Assembly (NCBI GenBank): GCA_965219575.1
Contig: OZ244779.1
Coordinates: 652,769-716,768, forward strand
Source: Candidatus Oxydemutatoraceae bacterium
GTDB lineage: Bacteria > Pseudomonadota > Gammaproteobacteria > Poriferisulfidales > Oxydemutatoraceae
DNA length: 64,000 bases
Reading direction: 5' to 3'
Part shown: positions 41,837 to 52,462 of the stretch, in pieces
Layout of the letters: each line of letters begins with the position of its first letter
Numbering within the stretch: position 1 is the stretch's first letter
Notes under the pieces: generated by a model
The model's database searches: none
What the model was told of the DNA's origin: nothing
What the model saw: the letters and a program-made list of their open reading frames with translations, nothing else
Translations under genes and position numbers: made by a program

Positions 41837-42094
41837 TTTTCTGTATATTAAAAACTTCCGATTGAGTATTGAAATTATATTCGGTGCCAAAAGCAACGGG
41901 CAAAAACACATTATAGATTAAACGACACTTTGATAAGATAAATTTACACCTTATTTTGTAGGTGTTTTCTTATCCGACATTAAAGCTGTTTTACCCGTGC
42001 CTCACCGTTCATCAGTTGCGGATTCGTAGAGGGAAAGCATGAAGGTTGATTGTGAAGATTGGTGCTTAGGTAGCAGTCTAGGAATGAGGAAATG

Positions 42095-43321
42095 TCAATT
42101 TTCGTATGAAACGGTCTTGTAGTCAAAAAGAATCACTTTTTTATTGGGAAATATCTCCCTAGATCTTTCATCATCTCGGTCTTTATCCTTCTCACAGCTA
42201 GAAATATAGATATCGGATATTTCACTTTTATTAATCCCTTCATGTATATGCCTATCATTTTCGCTAAGAGAACTGCCAAAAATCATTAAGTGCCCGGTTA
42301 AAGCCGACAATTCCTCAAAACATTTTTTTAAATATACATTTTCTTTAATATCTTTTATTTTAGCTTCACTAGTGCCGGCAAACACGCATATTATATCCAT
42401 TTCTTCACTATCAATAATTTCCTCTAATCTTTCATACAAAGCCTTATCTTGACTTTGTGTTATTTTCTCTACCAGTTGTTTATTCTTGTATATATGAAAA
42501 GCTCCATGTAAGAAAAAAAGATTCTGCATCGCTAGTATTTTTGGTTTAAATTCATTACCTAAAAATCCATCATTAACATGTAAGCCTGAATATTCTTTAT
42601 TTTTGTTTAATACAATATTAATAGCTTCTTTAATAGCTCGGCTATTCTGACCTCGACCCTTGAAGTACTCTTTAGCTAACTCTTCATATAGAGCTTTTCT
42701 ACATTTATCTACATCTCTTTGGATTTTACCGTTTTCAACTGTGAGTGAAAAATTTCCCTTTTCATGAATTTTCTCTACTTCATTATAGAGGTCATTGTGA
42801 GTTTTATTTAAGTCTTCCGCTTGGAAAAGAGAAGTCTGTTTGGATGCGATAACATCACTGTTATCATCTTTCTTATATTTCATCAAAAGAAGGTACAAAA
42901 AAGGATCATAGTTGAGGGTAAAGTAGTTAGTAAAATTTTTTAGTAAGACATGTATTCCGCTATTTTTGCAAGGATATACCTCTTTTATTTGTTTTTTAGC
43001 AAGGTCAAACGCCGCATGCATAAAATCTCTCTTGATTTTTCTTTCAATATATTGCGGTAAAAAATCGTCATCCAAAACTTTATTTTTTAAGTATTCAATC
43101 AAAGCCTCAATACTATGACCTCGTTGTTCAAAATTAGCCTCTACTTTTCTATAGTCAGGATATTTCTCCTTCATTTTCTCAAAAATACTTTGATAACTGG
43201 TTTCAATACCCAAGGAATTATTAAAACCATTGCCTAGCAATAAATGATTAGAAGAATTACTGCCTAACTGTTTCAGAATTTCTTTATAAGTTTTTAAGTG
43301 TACTTCTTTTTTAATGATCAG
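42095..43321 (-). CDS. DUF4917 family (SIR2-like fold) protein; start uncertain (TTG 43240 or non-canonical near 43321)
   Basis: LLLGNGF, FTLNYD, LHGAFH, IFGSSL..ND.HI motifs. Confidence 0.75.
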   Translation of the reverse strand: MIIKKEVHLKTYKEILKQLGSNSSNHLLLGNGFNNSLGIETSYQSIFEKMKEKYPDYRKVEANFEQRGHSIEALIEYLKNKVLDDDFLPQYIERKIKRDFMHAAFDLAKKQIKEVYPCKNSGIHVLLKNFTNYFTLNYDPFLYLLLMKYKKDDNSDVIASKQTSLFQAEDLNKTHNDLYNEVEKIHEKGNFSLTVENGKIQRDVDKCRKALYEELAKEYFKGRGQNSRAIKEAINIVLNKNKEYSGLHVNDGFLGNEFKPKILAMQNLFFLHGAFHIYKNKQLVEKITQSQDKALYERLEEIIDSEEMDIICVFAGTSEAKIKDIKENVYLKKCFEELSALTGHLMIFGSSLSENDRHIHEGINKSEISDIYISSCEKDKDRDDERSREIFPNKKVILFDYKTVSYEN

Positions 43322-44784
43322 AAACCTCCTACCCTAACTTGGCCATTCATCAGTTTCGGAAGAAGCGCATCTCGTGTAGCATCGAGCGCGCGAAGCTGTA
43401 AAGTATTATTTTTAAGTTTAAGGGTTATATCTTCACACTGCTTGCTAAATTTTTCCAGTATTATCGGAGGAGGGATATATATTGGATATTCCTCTAGACT
43501 TGTTGCTTGGGCTCTTTGCCTTCCACTTGTTCCAATCATCGTGCCGATTGCGTAGTTACGGAAAATGTTATTTTTTGCAATAACATAAGATAAAAGCGGT
43601 GGCAAATTAGGTTTTGAACGCATAATAATATACTCGGTTGACCCCCATCCTGTTTCGTTTTCTTTTAAGAAGTCTACAAAACATGCTTTACCATTTTCTA
43701 AGCATGGCGTGATTCTTGCAAAAAGTGTATCTCCATTTTGAAACCGCATTCCGGACTTAAAAGCTCGGTTACACCAATTTAATGGAGTATGAGAATTTAC
43801 GTCAATATTACTCATTTCAAGATAGGGTGCTAAGGTCCCCTTTTTCAGGTTATATTTAGGATTAATATCCATAATTTCAACTAATTTTTTCTTTTCCCAT
43901 GTATCGTCTGCATCGTCGATAAACCATTTTTGAAATAGGATTTGTGCCATGTTCTCCAGAGTTTTGTTTTGTCGGTGTAAAAGATCTATTTTGTCGTCAA
44001 GGCTACTCAAAACTTCGGCGATGGCTTTTTGTTCGGGAAGAGAGGGAATGTAAAATGGTATAGATGTTAAGGAGGCTTTAGATAACTCACCAAAAGTTGT
44101 TCCACTTGAATGTGCTTTAAGATAATCAACATTGTGTTTCAACAGATAATATAAAAATAAATTATCAATATGTCTGTTTGCAATTAATCCCTTAAATCCC
44201 TGATTGACAGCAATCTCATCTCTAGCAATTGCCAAGTAACCAACTGGTGCTCTAGTAGTTAAAAGCACCGCTCCTACGGGAAGTAATTTTGCATTTGAAT
44301 TTTGTAATCCTAATTTGGATATGTTTCTCTCACCTTTAGCTATATATCTACACTTAAAATCAGATAAATCTCTGGGTGTTAACCAAGGAATGTCACCATT
44401 CCAATATTTAGGTTCTTTGGTACTGGGTGTTCCTCCGCCTATTATTTCTACAACATCTCCCAATTTAACTTCACGCCACCCTCTCCGATAGATCGTTTTG
44501 CCTTTGACCTTGATTTGGTTTTTCAGTTCGATGGAGGTGATGGCGTTGTAGGCGATGACATCAAAAAAGAAAGGCAGATAGGTTTCTTCTTCTAAATGGA
44601 ATTTTAGTTTTGCGGCAAGGGATTCGTTGGTTTTTTCTCCTTTGATGGCAATATCTACATCCGAGGCTTCTTTATAAGCACCATCAGCTCGTGAACCGTA
44701 AATAACCGCTGCTTCTATTTGAGGATATGAACCGATGATATTACAGATCTCCGCTAGTTGTTCTTCGGACAAACCGTATTTCAT
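43318..44784 (-). CDS. hsdS: Type I specificity subunit S with N-terminal fused minimal nucleotidyltransferase (MNT) domain
   Basis: First ~100 aa have GSRADGAYKEASDVD (GSx10DxD); then W..VKLGDV, two TRDs, P.LPEQKAIA, RDALLPKLMNG. Confidence 0.92.
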   Translation of the reverse strand: MKYGLSEEQLAEICNIIGSYPQIEAAVIYGSRADGAYKEASDVDIAIKGEKTNESLAAKLKFHLEEETYLPFFFDVIAYNAITSIELKNQIKVKGKTIYRRGWREVKLGDVVEIIGGGTPSTKEPKYWNGDIPWLTPRDLSDFKCRYIAKGERNISKLGLQNSNAKLLPVGAVLLTTRAPVGYLAIARDEIAVNQGFKGLIANRHIDNLFLYYLLKHNVDYLKAHSSGTTFGELSKASLTSIPFYIPSLPEQKAIAEVLSSLDDKIDLLHRQNKTLENMAQILFQKWFIDDADDTWEKKKLVEIMDINPKYNLKKGTLAPYLEMSNIDVNSHTPLNWCNRAFKSGMRFQNGDTLFARITPCLENGKACFVDFLKENETGWGSTEYIIMRSKPNLPPLLSYVIAKNNIFRNYAIGTMIGTSGRQRAQATSLEEYPIYIPPPIILEKFSKQCEDITLKLKNNTLQLRALDATRDALLPKLMNGQVRVGGF

Positions 44785-45188
44785 AGTTCTTTTTTCAATT
44801 GAAAATACAGATCCCGAACAATAGGATAAAAGGTCTCGGTAATAAATTGAATGACTTCTCGCAAAGTATCCTCATGATAGGTATGAACCGTTTTATTTCT
44901 TTGGGCGATTGATTCCATCCATGGTTCTATATTGAATATCAGTTCGTTTTGAAATGCATTTCTGAATACATTCTTGGTGCTATTGTTCACATCCACGCCT
45001 TCGTTTTGTAAATAATCTTTGAGTACTTTCCAGCTGAGTTCATACACAAATTCAAAAGATTTTATCAATGCTATTTGGTAACCTTCGTCGTTAGGATATT
45101 GCTCGTATTGATTTATCCGTCTCTGCAAAGCCTCAAAGGCTTTTTCAAAATTTTGAAAACGTTGTTTCCATCTCAAATCATCATCCAT
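44781..45188 (-). CDS. HEPN-domain toxin (HI0074/NTase substrate-binding family, HepT-like)
   Basis: RWKQRFQNF, FEFVYELSWK, RNKTVHTY = Rx4HxY motif; ATGA overlap with the MNT-hsdS start. Confidence 0.9.
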   Translation of the reverse strand: MDDDLRWKQRFQNFEKAFEALQRRINQYEQYPNDEGYQIALIKSFEFVYELSWKVLKDYLQNEGVDVNNSTKNVFRNAFQNELIFNIEPWMESIAQRNKTVHTYHEDTLREVIQFITETFYPIVRDLYFQLKKEL

Positions 45189-45212
45189 GATTCCCCTCTT
45201 GACGGTTTCGGT

Positions 45213-46769
45213 TTATTTCTCATATTCAATTTTGTTTAAGTTCTCTAAAATCCGTTTGCTCAATCCAGCCTCTGCTCTCACCTGTGTTTCAAACTCTACT
45301 TTTAGTTCTGAAAAACGCTCGGCAAAGTCATGGTCGTCCTCTGTTTCTACGGTGCCTACATAACGTCCCGGGCTCAGCACATAATCCAATTCTTTTACTC
45401 TCTCAATCGCTACCGATGCACAAAAGCCCGGAACATCTTTGTATTGACCGTCCGTTTTCCTCCATTGGTGGTAGGTGTCGGAAACCTTGCCGATGTCTTC
45501 ATCGGAAAATTCTCGGGTACGTCTGTTTATTAAATATCCCAAGTGCTGTGCGTCAATGAATAGCATTTCTCCGCTACGACTTCTGTCGCCGTTAAAGCCG
45601 TATCGTTTATTGGATATGAACCAGAGGCACGCAGGAATCTGTGTATTGAGGAATAATTTTGTCGGCAGGTTGACGATGCAGTCTACAAAACTGCCGTCGA
45701 TTAAGTTTTTTCGGATGACATCCTCGCCGGAAGTTTTAGAAGTTAGCGAGCCTTTGGACAAAACAAAGCCTGCCACACCTTTAGGGCTTAGGTGATATAA
45801 GAAGTGTTGCACCCATGCAAAGTTAGCATTGCTCGCCGGCGGCGTGCCGTATTTCCAACGCGGGTCGTCTCGTAGTAGGTCGCCGCTCCAGTCGCTATCG
45901 TTAAACGGTGGATTGGCAAGTATAAAGTCGGCTTTCAAATCGGGGTAGGCATCTTTCAAAAATGAACCTTCGTTGTTCCATTGCACCTGTGAACCGTCAA
46001 TGTTCCGAATTGCCAGATTCATTCGGCATAATCTATAGGTTGTTTGATTACTCTCTTGTCCGTAAATAGAAATGTCTTTGATTAGCCCGCTATGCTCTTC
46101 AACAAATTTTTCGCTCATCACAAACATACCGCCGCTACCACAGCAAGGATCAAAAACTCTGCCGTGATAAGGTTCTATCATCTCAACCAAGAGCTTCACA
46201 ATGGATTTAGGCGTATAGAATTGACCGCCCTTTTTGCCTTCCGCTAAAGCAAACTCTCCCAAAAAATACTCATAGACTTTGCCTAGAATGTCCCTCGACT
46301 GCTCGGCTGCTTCACCTAAAGCAATATCGCTGATTAAATCAATCAGACCGCCTAGGGTGGTCCTGTCAAGGTTCGGTTTTGCATAGACCTTAGGTAAAAT
46401 ACCCTTGAGGTTGGGACTCTCCTTTTCTATCTTTTCCATTGCCGAGTCTAAATCTTTGCCGATATTCGATAGCTTGGCACGATCTTTCAAGTACGACCAG
46501 CGAGCCTCTTCAGGAACCCAAAAGGTATTCCTAGATGCGTATTCATCGGGATCTTCGGGGTCGGGTGGAAATTCCACTTTGGTTTCTTTTAATTTGCGGT
46601 TTAATTCGCGATGTTGTGTCTCGAAAGAATCCGATATGTATCTGAGAAATATCAAGCCGAGTACTATATGTTTGTATTCCGCCGCGTCAATGTTTTTGCG
46701 TAGCTTATCGGCTACTTTGAATAATTGCGCCTCTATATTTTCAACTTTTTTTGTATTGTTTTTTGCCAT
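45213..46769 (-). CDS. hsdM: Type I RM methyltransferase subunit M
   Basis: GQFYTP, DPCCGSGG, ANPPFN. Confidence 0.97.
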   Translation of the reverse strand: MAKNNTKKVENIEAQLFKVADKLRKNIDAAEYKHIVLGLIFLRYISDSFETQHRELNRKLKETKVEFPPDPEDPDEYASRNTFWVPEEARWSYLKDRAKLSNIGKDLDSAMEKIEKESPNLKGILPKVYAKPNLDRTTLGGLIDLISDIALGEAAEQSRDILGKVYEYFLGEFALAEGKKGGQFYTPKSIVKLLVEMIEPYHGRVFDPCCGSGGMFVMSEKFVEEHSGLIKDISIYGQESNQTTYRLCRMNLAIRNIDGSQVQWNNEGSFLKDAYPDLKADFILANPPFNDSDWSGDLLRDDPRWKYGTPPASNANFAWVQHFLYHLSPKGVAGFVLSKGSLTSKTSGEDVIRKNLIDGSFVDCIVNLPTKLFLNTQIPACLWFISNKRYGFNGDRSRSGEMLFIDAQHLGYLINRRTREFSDEDIGKVSDTYHQWRKTDGQYKDVPGFCASVAIERVKELDYVLSPGRYVGTVETEDDHDFAERFSELKVEFETQVRAEAGLSKRILENLNKIEYEK

Positions 46770-47133
46770 CGCCGTAGTTTATGAATGATTAAAGGGATTA
46801 TTATGCAACATATTCGGGCGGTGTCATACAACCCTAATTTTAGCAGTGCCAGAGAACTGTAATCAAGGAACGAATAAAGAGGCAGTAGCTAGGAAATATT
46901 GAGGCGCAGGGTGGTTGAGTTGGTGCAAAAGCGACGTGCCGGTTTACATATGTCCGGGGCACGTGGCGGTTGATAAAACCACCCCATGGAAAGGCCTTAC
47001 ATTTTGTAATATGTACTAAGATTCTGCACGACTTTACGCCGATTAACCTACTGGCTTAATCGGCCGGTTCTATTGCGCCTGTCACCCTCCAGAGGAGGGG
47101 AATGGACCAACACTATATTTGTGCAGAACCTCG

Positions 47134-47342
47134 GGGGCTGTTGAAAAAGTGCGGCATCGTACGAATCCAATCACTTGCGCCATTTGGTTTTGGTTTCCAT
47201 AAATTGAATGGATGAATGTATAAATCGTGTAGGCACAACGCGTTACGGGCGGACATGTTAGTCCGCCCCTACGGGTGGTTTGCAAATATTCACAGCGCAA
47301 GCGGTTGCAGTTGTGCAAAAACAGTAATTTTTCAACAGCCCC
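47134..47342. mobile_element. Modular MITE copy 7, inside a larger repeat cluster 47037-47400
   Basis: Perfect TIRs, 5-bp TSD CCTCG. Confidence 0.9.
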
Positions 47343-47443
47343 CCTCGGCAACCACCCCGTCAGGCGGAGCCTGCCACCCCTCCATAGGAGGGGAATAGTT
47401 CGCTCCTACATATGTAGTTTATGTTGTGGTTCCCACAGTATCG

Positions 47444-47473
47444 CGCCGTTTGTTGCAACGGCAACAAACGGCG
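47444..47473 (-). terminator. Hairpin downstream of katG
   Basis: cgccgtttgttgc-aacg-gcaacaaacggcg 13-bp stem; no clear U tract. Confidence 0.5.
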
Positions 47474-47500
47474 GTTCTACTTTAGTTTGGCGGACTACGA

Positions 47501-49672
<2,172 letters not shown>

Positions 49673-49813
49673 CTATCGTTCATATAGTACATGTTTGCTG
49701 TAGTGAAATTGATAGATATTTTAGCGATGTTTGTTTCATATATCTACTTGATTATTATAATCATACTAATAGATTTTTTTAAGTCCGTGATTTCCTGTGC
49801 AAACGCAACGTCA

Positions 49814-49863
49814 ATAGCATGAAAACTAACTTTGCAGGTGGTTCTAAAAATAGCCGAATGTCA
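49814..49863 (+). mobile_element. Solo right end of an IS407-group element
   Basis: atagcatgaaaactaactttg...aatgtca aligns with 12582-12631. Confidence 0.8.
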
Positions 49864-49904
49864 AAAGGATAACGAAAAATTGCTTTGAATATGTTGCGAA
49901 AAGG

Positions 49905-50540
49905 TTATGAAGTTTCGACGATTTCCGAAGGGACCGGTTTATCCGCTAACGAGATCAAACGGCTGGAGCGTAGAATTGTTGATTGACCTACTGGTTGTTG
50001 CGGTAGGTCAATCGGCAGTTTATTGGAGGGGTCCTCCAGAAAAACTTTGCTACGGACGCGAATAGCCGGGTTCACGGTAGGTCTCAAAAAAATACCGATG
50101 CCTCGAGAAGGCGGGGAGGAAAGATTTTCACTACTAATACCAGCAATGCTAATCACTATATTTTTGGTTGTGTTGGGATTCTTCAATTTTAATTCTAAGG
50201 TTGCTCTTGTCCCTTCACCCAAGCAGAATTGGTATAAGCGGGTTCCAGTTCTACGCACATTAAAAAAGTCGGTGGAGCATTGAAGATTAGATAAAGGTTC
50301 GAAACTCCTGATGTCATCATCATCATTGATACCGTTAATTGAAATCAACGGCACTATTCGTTGGACTCCTGTAAGTGTGCTACCAAAGGTAACATCAAAC
50401 CGTATTGTAAGACCATTCTGTTGAAGGTTCGCTAGGTTGAGCTCAAAGGATTGTGCAGAAGCGACATTTGCAAAGCAGGTCAGCAATAGGCACAAACCGA
50501 TATGGAGCGAGGTGCGTTTCAAGTATTTAATTAGGTACAT
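49905..50540 (-). CDS. Exported hypothetical protein; probably frameshifted near its end (true stop about 50020)
   Basis: Signal peptide (ASA-Q); last ~35 codons run through a repeat hairpin; one extra G gives ...KVFLEGPLQ-stop. Confidence 0.6.
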   Translation of the reverse strand: MYLIKYLKRTSLHIGLCLLLTCFANVASAQSFELNLANLQQNGLTIRFDVTFGSTLTGVQRIVPLISINGINDDDDIRSFEPLSNLQCSTDFFNVRRTGTRLYQFCLGEGTRATLELKLKNPNTTKNIVISIAGISSENLSSPPSRGIGIFLRPTVNPAIRVRSKVFLEDPSNKLPIDLPQQPVGQSTILRSSRLISLADKPVPSEIVETS

Positions 50541-50580
50541 ATCGTTGATAGAATTTTGTTCTACCCATTATTATACTTCA

Positions 50581-51147
50581 TCATATGAGAACTACTTTTG
50601 TTAGTAGAAGGTAGCATACCTGCGAAGTCTTCCCGATATGTACTATGTTCCAGCCTCTCCATGTTTCGGGAGTTTTCGGTCTCTCGGATATCGGTATTTC
50701 CACATAGAGCAGTACCTCGCTATTGAGTATCGGATGTTCTAAGAACAGATCGGCAAGTGTGGAAGCCAGCTTGGAGTTGAAGGGCGGATCTATAAAGACG
50801 ATGTCAAAACTATCTCGGTTATCGGCGATGAATTCGGTTGCCTCTCGATGCACAATGCGAATGTTGTTGGCGTTAAAGATTCGGGCTTGTTCCTTGAGTT
50901 GTTTGCAAACGCGTGCGTTGTTGTCCACTAAAACTGCGTGGGCTGCTCCTCTGGATAATGCTTCAAAGCCGAGTGCGCCGCTACCGGCAAACAAGTCTAG
51001 GCATTTCGCCCCGACAATAGACGGGGACAACCAGTTGAATAGTGTTTCTCGGACGCGGTCGGGGGTCGGGCGTAGCGATTTCAAGTTCGGAAATTCTATG
51101 TTTCTACTGCGCCATTGTCCGGCAATGATGCGCACTTTGGGCGACAC
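50581..51147 (-). CDS. rsmD: 16S rRNA m2G966 methyltransferase
   Basis: RIIAG, LRPT.DRVRE.LFNWL, DLFAGSGALG, DPPF. Confidence 0.97.
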   Translation of the reverse strand: MSPKVRIIAGQWRSRNIEFPNLKSLRPTPDRVRETLFNWLSPSIVGAKCLDLFAGSGALGFEALSRGAAHAVLVDNNARVCKQLKEQARIFNANNIRIVHREATEFIADNRDSFDIVFIDPPFNSKLASTLADLFLEHPILNSEVLLYVEIPISERPKTPETWRGWNIVHIGKTSQVCYLLLTKVVLI

Positions 51148-51148
51148 C

Positions 51149-52462
51149 TTATCCCCCGACGATGATCGCTACCATTTTGTCCGTGTCTATATGTTTCTTA
51201 AAAGCTGTGATGATTTGTTCTCGATTTATCTGCTCGGTTTTGTCGGTAAAGGTGCGGGTATAGTCGAGTGCGAGTTTCTCTACGATAATGCGCCTGACCC
51301 AGCTGGAGATTTGCGCGTTACTGGCAACGCGTAGCGGGAAACTGCCTTTGATGTGTTGCTTGCTGAGCTGCAATTCGTCGGCATCGGGCCCGTTTTCAAT
51401 ATATTCGGCAATCAATCGCTGCGCCAGCGTGAGCGCGTCGTCGGCTTGATCGATGCGGGTTTGAAAACCGACGATAAAGGGGCCTCGCATTCGCTGCGGC
51501 ACGAAATAACTCCATGCGCTGTAGGCGTATCCGCGCTTAACGCGTACCTCTTCTAAAAGTCTGGAACCGAAACCACTACCCCCCAAGATATGGTTGCCGA
51601 CATAAAGCGGGAAATAATCTTCATCCTTAAAACCGATTGCAAGTTGTGCAACATAAACATGTGCTTGCTTTGAATCGAAAGGGATGCGTATTTCATCGCC
51701 TAAGGATGCCTGCACGGCAAGCGGTATCGGTGGCGGTTTAGAACCTGCCGAGAACTTTTTGCTCAGTTCGTCGGCGAGTTGTTCGGCCTGCTGCGGATCG
51801 ATGTCGCCGACGATAGACAACTGCATGTTGCGCGCCACAAAGTATTTTTGATAGAAGGCTTGCACATCGGCGCGTGTAATTGCCGAGACGGTCTCTTCCA
51901 GACCGATGCGTGGGTGTCCGTACGGATGATCACCGTAGAGTGCTCGGTAGAGTGCGATTGATGCGACTGCACCGGGTTCTTGGTCTTGCTTGCGTATTGC
52001 CGTGAGCGTACGCGTTTTAGTTTGCTCGAGCATTTGTTCGTCAAAGTCGGGTGACGACACGACGGTTGTCAATAGTTCGGTGGATTTTCGTAATTGCTCG
52101 GTTAGGGTTCTAAGCCTGATACTCGTGTTATCTCTGCCGGTTTCGGTACCGTATTCGGCCCCGATACTATCAAACGCGGTGCTGATTTGATCGGCATTCA
52201 TGCCGCCGGCCCCGTAAGCCAATAGTTCGGTGACCAAATGCGCCAAGCCATAGAGTTTGCCGTCTCGTGCGCTACCGGCGTCAAAAATGAGTTCTATATC
52301 CACCATAGGCAATTCGCTTTGATACACATGATAGACTTGCACGCCGTTGTCGGTAGTCCAACGCTCGATCTCAAAATTGGCATGCGCCGAACCACCCCAT
52401 GCGATAACGCAAAACATAAAGAGTGATGGCAAAAATCGCAAGTTGTATATAACGCTGATCAT
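51149..52462 (-). CDS. M16 (pitrilysin) peptidase, non-catalytic subunit
   Basis: FDAGS, GLAHL without HxxEH, SRL..EVR..RG.AY. Confidence 0.92.
   Translation of the reverse strand: MISVIYNLRFLPSLFMFCVIAWGGSAHANFEIERWTTDNGVQVYHVYQSELPMVDIELIFDAGSARDGKLYGLAHLVTELLAYGAGGMNADQISTAFDSIGAEYGTETGRDNTSIRLRTLTEQLRKSTELLTTVVSSPDFDEQMLEQTKTRTLTAIRKQDQEPGAVASIALYRALYGDHPYGHPRIGLEETVSAITRADVQAFYQKYFVARNMQLSIVGDIDPQQAEQLADELSKKFSAGSKPPPIPLAVQASLGDEIRIPFDSKQAHVYVAQLAIGFKDEDYFPLYVGNHILGGSGFGSRLLEEVRVKRGYAYSAWSYFVPQRMRGPFIVGFQTRIDQADDALTLAQRLIAEYIENGPDADELQLSKQHIKGSFPLRVASNAQISSWVRRIIVEKLALDYTRTFTDKTEQINREQIITAFKKHIDTDKMVAIIVGG

Larger units (their letters stand above)
38883..42066. repeat. 48-bp direct repeat pair (38883-38930 and 42019-42066) containing the hsdR start
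   Basis: cggattcgtagagggaaagcatga(tt/ag)gttgattgtgaagattggtgct, 2 mismatches. Confidence 0.95.
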
